Shown piece after piece: positions 36,796-57,670 of a DNA stretch of 64,000 nucleotides. Every line of letters starts with the position of its first letter. The stretch's first letter is position 1. Position numbers and translations under genes: made by a program. The notes below the pieces were generated by a model that saw nothing but the letters and a program-made list of their open reading frames with translations, searched no databases and was not told where the DNA came from. The DNA comes from Klebsormidium nitens (taxonomy: Eukaryota > Plantae > Klebsormidiophyceae), in contig DF237118.1 of NCBI GenBank assembly GCA_000708835.1, positions 1 through 64,000 of the forward strand, in the 5' to 3' direction.

Positions 36796-38755
36796 CTCTT
36801 ATCGACCACCAAGGGCTATGGTGAATCTGTGGCTAAACGCCCTGCTTGGGCCCCAAATGTGAGATGCGAAGTCTGGACGAAAGATGCTGCCTTCGTAGTG
36901 CTTGTGAGCGCTTTGTTATGCAGATTGGGATCTGGGGGCAAGAAGTGCAAAAGGTTTGGTCAGCTGGATGGCTCCGGTCATCATTGAAGGTGGCTTCGGA
37001 CTAGAACTGGGTCGGATAACTCTTGATAACTTTATTAGTGATGTGCAGCGGTCAGTTTATGAACGGTGCAAACGAGTCAGACGACGGGTGCTGCGATCCT
37101 ACACAGCGGACTACAAAAAGTTGAGAGAAAAGTTGCGGTGCCGACTAATGCACTCCTTTCGCAACCATTGGTTACACGACATTGCTTGAACGTCACAACA
37201 ACCTCGAGCTCTTGTGGAGAGATTGGGCGGCAACCGGATAGATACTTGCCATAACATGGTCGGTCTGGTCGGAGAACAGTCAACAACATGGAAAGGGCGC
37301 CAGAAAAAGCATCTCATACTTTGCCCCAGTACGTCATACCCAAGGAAGTTACTACGTGCAACACTGGGAATGTGAAGCGCATGAAACGTTCACGAAATCT
37401 AGACAAACTGGGGAGTGTCCGTGCAAAGAGGCGCAGCCTCAGTCCACCGCCTGGCCCGTGGGTTGGGGTACAAACCCTAGAAACCATCTTGAAACACACA
37501 ACTCCTGGATTAAACCGAACACCACGTCAAAAGGGCAACAGTCACAGCTGCATAAAATGACGAAAAACACAGCCAGTCAGAAACAAAAACTCAACTTTTG
37601 ACATCTGTCGTTAAAAGGGCGAAGCTGCAGGTCACAGGGTAAAACGGATGCGGGAGGAGTTCGCTAGTGCCAAAACCCAAGGGATCAGCAGATTCTCACA
37701 TAGTGGCAGCATTATGCAGCAATGAGAGGATAAGTTACCAAGTGAATAAACAGTCAACCATGCATGCAGGTGTACCTCTCTCGCTTGCTTTTCTGCTCCC
37801 GGGCAGCTTGCATGGCTCCTCAAGATGATCGCTATCCTGATGCCGAAGAACTCACAGCAGGGGTTCAACACAAGTTTGCAAACCAGCTAGAACCTTTCTT
37901 CTACATGCAGAACTAGGACATAATCCCACAGCTGCCACCTATGAAGCAACACGCATCCGACAGAGTGGGAAAGAGATGTCGACCCGAATATTAACAACCT
38001 GTTTGAAGCGCGATCACGCGCTCAGATCTAGAACGCCCCAAGCTGAGCACTCCGTAGCTTTTACACTCCGGAAGGAGCTTCTCAAAGCAATCTAGCAGCT
38101 CGCCCAAGCCTGTAACTTTAAGGACGCTCCCTCATCTGCAACTTTGACAGTGAGCTGTACGTTCAAAGCCGCATGCTGCAGCCTGCAACCTGGTCCTCAG
38201 ACTCAGAGTCAGGGCTCAGGTTTCCGTGAAGCTCCGAGTCCTCCGGGTGAGTCCAGGTGAGTCCTTGTTGGTCAACAATGAACTCGATCGAAGTCTGAAC
38301 AGCCTTGGGTAGGTACCGGGATGGTGCGGTACCAATCTCTGCAGCTGCCAGGGCGTTGGTACTTGGTAGTTTAAGGTCTTAGGTAGGTACCCGGTTACGG
38401 ACGGTACCTAGATACTGCAAACCCGGGCGGTCAACGCGCTTGCCAGCCTCATGGGAACCTTGCGGACGCTTGACGGTACCATATTCCAATCTGCTGTCCG
38501 AATTCAGCGTCCACAACTTTGCCACGCTGGCGAGATGAAGGTACGTGCGTGCGACACGCGTCATCCTGCGGTATCAAGTCAATTGCCATCGTGAATCCCT
38601 GATCCATTTCAGGACAACCGACGGCTGGGAATGCTCAAGAGCTCCCCCCTAGCAAAATTCCCTTCAGGCTTGCGTCTTCTCTATCCAATCTAGCGCTAGC
38701 GGGAAGGGCGCATTTGATTTGCAAGGCGCAGGGAGAGGTGCATTTGAGAGCAGCC

Positions 38756-43747
<4,992 letters not shown>

Positions 43748-45257
43748 AAAAGGACGGCAGGTTTACATTTTCCTCCACAGCGGTTGCCTGACATAGTTGC
43801 CGAGTAGTGCCAGGTACCTTTAGGTAGAGTTGTTAGGAAACATGTTGAAGGTAGTGCAGGCATTTTGGAACGCTCCACGGCCTGGCTTTGCAAGGTTCAG
43901 GGCAGTCACTCGGCCTTGCAAACCATGAATGTTCAAACCTGAGTGAACCACTCATGTACAGGTTCCGGACAAGCCACTTGAAACCGCGACTTTGCAATTT
44001 CCATTGCTTCTATGCAATTGACACACCTTGCTCCTTACATTTCATCTTCCTCACATTACCAGTTGGTACGTAGTGCTTTCGGCTAGATCGAAGTCCGGAC
44101 TTGGTTCTTCTGCAAAATACGTGGATCAAGTGACGCTACATAGCTGCGTGGCTCAGTCATTATGGTCGATTCTCGCGGTTTACCTTGGCCTGCTTTATGG
44201 ATCACTCGTAGTGCTTGCTTGAAACACGTCGATTGAATGCCCATCCGGTATGTGAAATCCTGCACTGAGCCCACTACATTAGAAAGTCCAATTCTTGTAG
44301 TGCAACGAAGCAAAACGAATTTTCCGATCAAAAGACGTCCTTAACTTTATTGCATTACACCAATGTTCAAAGAATCATAGACACATTCAACTGTATTAGA
44401 GCGATATAAGATATTAGTATTTACCATCTAGTATATAGAGCACACACATGCAACAATCTTTACAAGTACAATGCTGCCATCTTTTTGATCTCAACGTCTA
44501 TGATGCCAAATGTAGATTGATTGCATGGAACGTTTGAAACTTTCGGCGGACCCAGCGTCGAACCTGCAAAAAGCTGAAGCCGGTATCAAAAAGGGGTGAC
44601 GGTATGTGACAATTTATTTGTGTTCCTCAAAATTGTTTGTTTAAAGCTGAAAGGAGAACATAATTGTATATGGTTGCCAAATTAATCTGAGACTAGCACT
44701 CCTGTATAGAAGACGGTGGCCCAACCTTGATTCTGCATCCCGTCTGACCTACCATACATACAGTGTACATTGAGCAGGCTCACCTCACGTACACGTCATG
44801 ACATGTAGGCTTATTTTCTTATTTGACAAGGATAGGACACAAACACTCTACTTTTGTCAAGATAGCTTCATTTGATGGTCTCTTTTCTCGCCACAGCCAC
44901 ATTAAGGCCGTAGGCCTCTCATGGCATTAGTACAGTACGGTACATACATGTTAATAGGCGACAAAAACGTATTACAATGAATAGGCGTTGGCGAGCCTTG
45001 AACGCAAAGTCAAACGTCGGTGCCACGCCGCACAGCTCAAGAGTCGCTCCTCACTTTTACGACTCCCCTACGACCCGAAGCAGCAATCGTAATCCGAGAT
45101 CTCAGTTGCCTCGCACCCAAGGTGCTCCGAACCGCTTGAGCTGATCAATGATGTATCGCTCTAGCCAATGAGTCACTGGCTACGCTGCAGACTGACCGTA
45201 ATACGCTATTACGATACTAGCGTAACAGTCGAGCAGCCGCCTCCTCAACTTGGCATA

Positions 45258-45281
45258 AATAACAATAACAATAACAATAAC
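45258..45281. repeat. (AATAAC)4 microsatellite
   Basis: Read directly from the sequence. Confidence 0.9.
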
Positions 45282-45382
45282 AACTTGGCTCTCAAGCCGC
45301 CGCACTGACGCTGAGCTCACCTCCTGAAGAACATGGACCAAGGATGTACATTTGCAAAAGAATTTGGGCCCTGACAACAGAG

Positions 45383-45453
45383 TGCGCCGGCCGGGAATCG
45401 AACCCGGATCGATAGCTTGGAAGGCTATTATTCTACCATTGTACCACCGGCGC
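45383..45453 (-). tRNA. tRNA-Gly (anticodon UCC), intronless, 71 nt
   Basis: GCGCCGG TG GTACAATGGTAGAAT A ATAGC CTTCCAA GCTAT CGAT CCGGG TTCGATT CCCGG CCGGCGC A gives a complete cloverleaf with A and B boxes. A TATA-like tract lies ~30-45 nt upstream and a T4 run ~25 nt downstream. Confidence 0.95.
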
Positions 45454-46588
45454 GGTGGTATGTGAAACGGAGCTACTACAAAATATATACCTTGTATATA
45501 TACCTCGCGCACGCTCGCGCATTTGAATAAACTTCGCGTGTAAATTGGAGTCCGGCGAGTCGGAATAGCGCCGTTTGCTTGCAGCCCGCTTGCAGACGCG
45601 GTGCATGTAGCACTCAACGCACTGTGAATCAGTCAGGATACGGTATACCCCGTGAATTTTGGCTGGTCAACACTCGTATAATTACCTATTCTTTACTGAT
45701 GTCGTTGCACTTCTTGTATGCAAACTCAACATTGAATTGGCTTGGCTAACGATTGTCGTGTTTTATTGTGATTGGAACCAATGCCATGTACATGGTAATC
45801 GTTTGAATTTACACCTCAGCGTTCATTCGAGTTTGCTCACATGTTCAGAACTGTTCTGAACGGATTTGAATTCCAAAATCTGCCAGTTCTGATGAGCCTA
45901 CTGAGCTGGCTGTATGCAATTCGATAAGCTAACTTACACGTGGCAACATTGACAGCTAAATATCATCAATCATCATCTACTTTGCAAAGTGACATGCCCT
46001 TGCGAGTGAATTTGGGTCCTGATTCGATGCAGAACATGATGATTGTATGGCCCAGGTTTACAACGAGAGGCCTCCATTAACATTCGATCGTATTGTAACT
46101 TGCACTGTTTATGTTGTGGCTTTGGCCAACCATGAATTGTCACCTGATTTAACAGGTAGAATAGGGGGATGAGCAGATTGACAAATTTTAGGTCCACATG
46201 AAAATATTATCTGGACATGAAGGACTGAGAAAGATGTCAGCGATCGCAATCGCAACTCTTGAGCTTAAAGTTACCATTAAAACAATGTTTCAAACGTTGT
46301 TCTTAGAATATGCCAGTCCCTGTCGCAAAGGTTCAGCTTGCAAATCTGCAGCAATCAGATTTGTTCGCAGCACCTTTTACTTTGCTGCACATGCTTTATG
46401 TAAGGTCAGCGCCTCCACGAAGCAGTCCATGAAGGAGACGGTACAAGGAGCAAACACCTACTGTATAGCTCAAGAAGTCTACTACAAATTGTGCCAAACA
46501 AAGCAAGACTTTGTTGCAGGTCGTCATCAAACTCAATTGAAGGGGGGTATACAGCCCTTCTCCAGATGACTGACTTAGTCCATCCGAC

Positions 46589-49500
46589 TCAGTCCGTCCA
46601 TCTTAGCCAATTGTTGCACTTCTTACACACCAGGTACTTCTGCAAATTACAAACAACATCAGGTGAGAGCTTAAAGAAGGCGAAAGGGGTGGAAATGGTG
46701 TGAGTGCCTCTTGCGGCGTAGAGGACTCCTGCCTGCAACTTGTGTCTTTCTTCCTCCTCAAAAGCTTTGCTCTGATCTCTCTTGAATCTAGAGGCGGGCA
46801 GTAAAGAGAGCGACAGCTACTTCTGGAAGTTATAAGCTGCCAATTACAAATGAGACATGCAAACCCCCTTGGTGGACCGTCAGGTACTCCAAAAGTTCAA
46901 GTGATTGAAAAGACCAGGGAAGAAACAACTTTAGCAGCAAACGGGGAACCCGCTATGAAATATCCAAAGAGATGAAAAGTAAGCCTCAATTTGAGCCTGT
47001 GCACTAGAAGTGACCGAAGCAGTTCACAGCCAGCCGTTCGTTGCAAAGAAGATACTTCTTCGGCTGCTGCAAGGCTGCATCTAGGTAGCAATAAAGGAGA
47101 GGTCGTGATCCCCTCACAAAGTTGCAGAGCAGGAAGCCGGTCTCACTAGCGGGTTCCTTTTAAGGACACTCAACATTCTGAAAAGCGCGTTCTTCAAAGC
47201 AAGGTACAAAACGACTTCAGAAGGTTTTACTTCGACTGTACTTCTCGGAAGCCCCAGCGTCATACGCTATGTCGCTGACAGTTACTCAGTATAATCAAAT
47301 GGGCAGTGTGTTTTTACCCCAAGGAAAAGGTCGCCCTCTCTAAGATAAAGCCGTCTTTCCGGACTTTCAACCATTGAGACACTCTTCGGCCGTCTTCAAA
47401 AGGCCAGACTTCAACCAGCTCAGCGGGGTCGCTAAGTTAGTGCTCAATAAGCCGGTTCTTTTCAAGCAACGTTCACCAAAAATCCAACCCCCATCGATTA
47501 CTTCAATGTGTTCTTTGCAGCCCCAAAAGCGTTGCGTTTCCAAGAGGAAAGGACGGCTTCTTACTCTTCCAGGGTGCTTGTCGTTCCTACAGATCCGCTC
47601 CTCGCCTTCACCCCCGCACTGGCAAGCCCCCCTGCTTCCCCCCTGGTCCCAGGGCCTTTTTTGCCCCCTACTCGCAGAGGGGCCAGCGTACCCCGCATTA
47701 GGTCTTGGTGAAATGTGGCCAGTTGCACGGGGAGGGGTGCCAGGAGCAGCGAGGGGCTCCTTCCAGTGGAGGAATTTGCCGCACGCCTCACACTTGTAAA
47801 ATTGCTGGGGGAAAGAAGTCGTTGAACTCAGCGAACTTGGAACCAACGTTCCTAGTTGCGACCTAGCTGTTTGACTTTGTCAAGTCTCGGAAACGAACTG
47901 CCAGAGTTTGAATACGTCTCTAGGTGAGGAGATGCCAGTTCAGGGGCAGCCCTGGTGAAAACATTGCGATCCACGGTCGCCAACAAAGCCACGCAACACC
48001 AAACAAGCCGAGGAAAGAATCAGTAATGCAAAAGAACAGCAACAGCACTCGATGACCAGGATGAGACTCAACAGTTCCTAATTGCAAGACTCCTCAAGTG
48101 CAAACCTGGAATATCAAGAAACATGCTGCAGCTTTCAAACAAACGACTCACCTTCCCTGGATTGGTGCCCTTCTTGGCAGTCAGCTCCAAAATCCTACTG
48201 GCCCCGCACTTGTAGCATGTCGCTGGCCGGCCCCCCGCCTGACCCCCTCCAAAATTACCCCTGCCAGTACCCCCCTGAACCGGTGGCGGGGCCGCCTGCC
48301 CACCCACTTGCCCCCACCCCCCCCCTTGTGGCTGCACTCTTCTGCCCCCCGATTCCGGGCCTGCCTGCCCTTCTACTGAAAAGACTGAGCCGAAACCCGT
48401 TTGATCGCTTCCTGGCAGGGGGGCAGCGGCCGCAGCCCCGCCACCCCCCCCAAACACTTCTGGTGCCCCTTCGTCCTCGTGCACCTGCGTTGCAATTGAG
48501 TCCTCATCGTCTAACTCGTTTCTTAACCCTGTTTCGAACCCATTTCTTGGCGCCCCAGCTAGGCCGTTTCTCAACCCTCCATCCAATCCGTTCCGCAACC
48601 CTCCGTCTAGCCCACTTCTTAAACCTTCATCTAACCCCCATCTTACGTTTCCACCTAACCCAGCCCTTAAACCCCCATCTAACCCAAACCTGGAGTCTCC
48701 CCCTAACCCATTCCTTAGCCCTCCGTTTACTCCGCTCTGGAAAAAGTTACTTGCCCCACCGAACTCCTCCAACTTCACATTGCTTGCATTTGCAGTACGG
48801 TTTCCTGAGCCTCGCACCAGTGCCTCCTCTCGCTCCTCCGACTCTTGACTCAGCTTTTCTAACAGCCCTGGGCTTAACACCCCCGACGCTCCCCCCGTTT
48901 CCCCCACCCTTTCAAAAGCACCGTTGAGGCTCCTTGAGATTCCTGTCCCTTGCCTGCGCGCTGGAACTTCCTGTGGGGGGGTTGGAACAACAACTTCTGG
49001 TTGCATCAAGGGTGGGCCCCTTGATGTGGTTTCCCCTTCCAATCCAGCCCCCTGATTTAGCCCCAAGCCCCCTTGACCATTCAGAGGGAAAGAGGGCGGA
49101 GAAGCCCCATTTTCTACCCTTTCCCCCAAGCGTCTTTCTGGAGGGGACCCAAACAAAGGGCTAGGGTTTGAGAAAAGGCCTTGTCGAGTAGCTGTTCGAC
49201 GCCTTGGTAACCCTGGTGGGGATGCTTCTGAAGGGGAACGGGGCCTGGCTCTAAGCTGCTCCTCTAGGGCTTGCCGTAACTCCATCTCCGTTGCCAGAGA
49301 ACGATGCAAGCGGATGACTTCCGCCTCCGCCGCAGTGCGCCGAGCGACCTCCTCATCCAGGCGATCCTGCAAGCACCAAGGTCGTTGTTTCAACATGAAA
49401 GGTCTTCCAAAAGCTACTTGGATGCTCGCCCAGGGTTCGTCTTAGTGTTCCTGTTGCCTACGTCCTAGGCACCATCGGTTGGTCGTCAATGCTTGTCAAT

Positions 49501-50289
49501 AGCCGACAAAAGAGAAGTTCAGGACTCCTGCAAAAATGCAGCCTGGTAAATTACAGCTGGGTAAACCCTAATTTGGAGCACTGAGGAGAAGGTGATTTAC
49601 ATGCAGCCAAAATCAGGGTTGCTCTGGTTGAACGACCTCCATATCAGTTTTCAAGACTGTCTAGACTATCTGCTGTTTGGCAACATGTCCAATCGTGTCT
49701 TGGAAGGCTTTCACTGGCAGTACTTGCTTTGATATCATTGCTAGCAGACTTGAATAAGACAATGCAGCTGCTCCATTCTGATGATATCCTTGTAACTGTA
49801 AAATCTGCTTAGGGGAACAGAATCTGGATCCTTGCGAAGCAAGCCCAAGCATGTATCCATGTTGCATTTACAAATTTGGTAATGTGCTTTAGGCATATTT
49901 GGCCCTTGGTGACCATCATTCACAATCAATCTGCTGGTAAAATGTGCACCTTGATGCGTGCCAGCCTGCAAGCTGATAACCTGGACTAGCCACTTCCACA
50001 CAGAACATCCTGAGATACACACCAATCTAGTTGATCGGAAGATCGGAAGCGTTTGACGATAAGTGAGCACGGAAGCTAGGATTACTCTAGATCCCCCTTG
50101 CGGATATATTGCACGGTTGTCCGCCACAGAAGATGATGCATGCTGATTTTGGCATACCTGCAGGGCCTGTAGTTGCTCCTCATGTGTTCCATGACGGTCC
50201 TCCGACATCTTGCTTGGTACTGGGGACGATGGCCTGCCCTGTTGCGGGGACGCCTCCTGGGTCCCCACCGGCACATCTCCCCCTCCCAT
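46589..50289 (-). CDS. Uncharacterised protein: coiled coil, Gly-rich repeats and two C-terminal GRF zinc fingers (5' end uncertain)
   Basis: Exons ~50289-50158, 49366-48152, 47804-47565 and 46639-46589 join in phase 0. Splicing completes both fingers: CYKCGASRILELTAKKGTNPGK|QFYKCEACGKFLHWKE and CQCGGEGEERICRNDKHPGR|KYLVCKKCNNWLRWTD*. The coiled coil is continuous across the first junction (HEEQLQALQ|DRLDEEVARR). Further 5' exons may exist. Confidence 0.78.
48516..48731 (-). repeat. Nine degenerate 24-nt coding repeats (8-aa unit, GLDGGLRN-like)
   Basis: The 24-nt periodicity is visible in the DNA. Translation: GVNGGLRNGLGGDSRFGLDGGLRAGLGGNVRWGLDEGLRSGLDGGLRNGLDGGLRNGLAGAPRNGFETGLRN. Confidence 0.85.
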
Positions 50290-52083
50290 TTCTGAAATCC
50301 TCTGAGGAAGCACTTGCGGGAAATCAGAATTTAGATCCGCCCTTCATCTGCATGTTATCCTGCTTCATATTGCCATTATTGGACACCATGCATGATGTGA
50401 ATGATGCTGCGCAATGCAGGGCGCTTTGCTTGGGAACTAGAGGGGTCCCAACTTCCAAGCTAGCCAGAGCCCTCTCGAAGAATCCGGCTGCTGATTCGTC
50501 TGCTGCGCCGTTATCGCATCTGGCGGCTCAGCTGAGGTCAGCTCTGTGACTTGCTGGACCGGTTGTCGGCAGACCGGCCGAAGGCATCCTATCATCGGAA
50601 AGTTTAATATCGACGATCACGAACTTCGATAGCTTTAGATCGGACGGCAATGAAGCACTTGCGCAAGATCCGCTCTGACATTTGACCCCTGTTGGTCACC
50701 CCCGGGCACCGTTACCGCTGCGGTTCCAAGTTTTATACGACATCATGCATGATGCAAAATCTGATTCAGATCCATGTGCGTGATCGTCACGTGGTCAGGC
50801 AACAGAAGCGCTCTGGTTCACGGCTGATCAGCTGCTGTTGCTGCGCTGCATTGTGGAGATCTTCCTGCGCATTGCTGTCCTCTAGACAGATCCCTGCTTT
50901 GATCAATGCAGTCAGCTAAGATTGCGCATCCCCTTGGGAGCGGCCGGATGACTTCTCAAAGTTCTCTGGTTTTATCCAGGAAGATAAGCAGTAAAGACTA
51001 CTGCACCTGCACTCAATTCCAGAATGCAACATTGCAGCCTCTTTTGAACCCGTCCAAGCACGCTCTGATCGTCAAAAGCAAGCACGTTGCAGCATCGTCT
51101 TCTGCGCGGATTGACCATAAGCCCTTTGCTGAGAGTGAAAGCCAAGCTGCTTCCGCGAGAAGGACACAATTTGCGGAGGGGTAAGTTCCCTTCTATTTTC
51201 ACGTGGCCTTGAAGGGCCCTCAAGGTGCTCAATTGAGCCTGATTTGAAATCTGGGCGTCAAGCAGGCATCTTTGATATGCCAGATCCCTTTTTCATATTG
51301 ATTAAAAAGTGCCAGATCATCAAATTTAGGGGGCAGTGAATTGAAGCCAACATCTACTTTCTGCTTGCAAAGCAATCCAGAAGCTGCATCGTAAATCTTG
51401 CGTGCATCTGTCGATCATGTCAATGAGTCATTGTTATTTAGAGAGGCCCTTAAAGATGGTTGAGACCAACTGCTGTTGCATCAATTGCGGCAAGATCACA
51501 AGTTTCTTGAGTTTCATGAGAGAGCCCAGCGGATCAGCTGCTGTCATTGAGTAAACTTCTGAGTGATCAAAAGTATGGAGAGATCAGTCACTAGTGTGCA
51601 CATTTCAAACCAAATTGGCAGGTTGCAGATCTTGGAGCCTATCAACTGCCAGTGATCCTGCGAACTCGTCTTGCTCAGCTGTTGGGCCCATACGTTTTGT
51701 TCACCAGCAAGGCAAACTCATTTGACCAGATCTGTTCTCACAAAATGAAGTGGACTAGAACTCACAGTTCTTACTGCCATCTCCTCCGCAATCAGACACC
51801 TTCCCCTCCTGTCAATCTGCGCAGAAAGCAGGACACTGATTAGTTGCGCTCCTTTTTAGTACATCAATAAACGCAAAACGCTTCTTTTTCAATTACAATC
51901 CAAATTCGGAAGGTTGCCACAAAACCCCATCTGTTGTCTCACTTAGAGGTGCCCAAGGGTGTATGCAGCGGAGGAATTGACAAACTCCATCTGGAATGTC
52001 CTTATAACCAAACTCGCCAAAGATCTATATTGCCTCTTTGTCTCTGCTCCCACAGGCGGCCACACCAGCCCCACAAGAGGAGA

Positions 52084-56359
<4,276 letters not shown>

Positions 56360-57670
56360 TAGTGACTTGGACTTCAAACGTCATATCGGGGCGAGACACC
56401 GTGATGCCATTGTCTTCAACATGAAGTGCCTACAGGTGCTGTTTGAGCAGCCTGGGGGAGATAATGCGAAAGAGGTAGATTACAGTCAAAGCTTTGCGAT
56501 TTCAGATCTAACTTCGAGAGGTATATACGAAAGAGCGTTTCCTCATGGGCAAGCATACGAGTGCGGCTGCGATGGCGCTTGCGTTTTCAAGAGCCGATGT
56601 AGAGTATGAAAGGCTTTGCGTAAAGGGTTTGCGTAAGCGACAGGCGCTGGCGGACTGGTTTTTGCAACGCTGCTGCGCTTCAAACAAACATGTAGGTATA
56701 CTGACCTGCTCGACTTCTGGCTGCGGCCTTTGTGCATACAATAAGGACGCTAGCTGTAGTGACGTACTTGCAAAGAATTTTGGATTTTCTACAAGAAGAT
56801 AGAGCATTTCAATCCGATGAATCTATGATGAACCCTTTGTCTATCCGCAAGACTTTTTCAGTTGCGTCACCCCAGCAGCTCCTAGGGCATATCGAAAATT
56901 GCATTACTTAAAAATGTGCTCAGTCCATTGTTCTATATGCTGTTCCGACCGTATTGCCCCGGCCGCCGCGCGCATGTATAATCAGGGTGTATGACATGTA
57001 CGTATGCCTATGCGATGGCGCCGCCGCCGCGTGCGCACCCCGCGCCAGTGCGTGCATCGCTGCGCAGCTCTGAACCCTCGAATGATTAGAAATCCATGGA
57101 CAAATGCACAATCATGAGCTAGTTCAATCGAAGCGGGAATGCATCGCGAATCTAAGTTCGACCGCTATATTGCATCATGCATGTGCAGTGCTATGTGACC
57201 GCTTAGTAAATCTGATTTGAAGCACAATTTGTGGACATGATCCACGGATGGAAGCTGCTACATTATGGCATCAATGCGTCGTTGAAGTGCATGCATGGCC
57301 CGTACAAAGCGCGCTTGAAATGGTTTCTGAGGCATATGTGCTAGCGTCATTCCTTCCAAGGCCTGGGTATATGCCATAGCACTGCCTGGTGCCGAAGAAC
57401 TTCAAGAACGACGAGTAATGATCAAGCACACGTCTTCAGACGACAAGGCCATCGAGCCTGCCGATGAAAACACCAATCGGCCTGACTGCAATCACAAATG
57501 TCAATGTTATCAGGTGCCCTCTTTCTAATGACGTCATCTTAACAGTTCTCAGACACGAACTTAGGTCGTTTTCAAGTTCTAACCACACGCAAGCACCGGA
57601 ACATTTATCTAGCAATTAGTATCTGCAACGGATGCTCCTCGATATAAGAGGTACACATACGCACTCAGAC

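Noticed and set aside
37481-37489. Telo-box-like AAACCCTA (also near 49562)
   Set aside because: Single 8-mers, not in tandem and not clearly at a core promoter.
44480-45180. Minus-strand splice-like signals and a short peptide (PVTHWLERYIIDQLKRFGAPWVRGN*) downstream of the tRNA
   Set aside because: I could not build a consistent gene model; too little evidence.
46198-46569. 123-aa plus-strand ORF
   Set aside because: Atypical composition, no domain, and it lies antisense to the 3' region of the GRF gene.
47004-47063. Possible alternative last exon for GRF finger 2 (PKKYLLCNERLAVNCFGHF*)
   Set aside because: In phase and Cys-spaced, but it lacks the conserved terminal Trp and has a weak pyrimidine tract. 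The 46639-46589 exon fits much better.
48082-48927. 281-aa plus-strand Pro/Leu-rich ORF
   Set aside because: Antisense to the Gly-rich exon of the GRF gene.
50300-51900. Possible further 5' exons or repeats of the GRF gene (gaagcacttgcg recurs near 50307 and 50653)
   Set aside because: No phase-consistent, homology-supported exon chain could be established.
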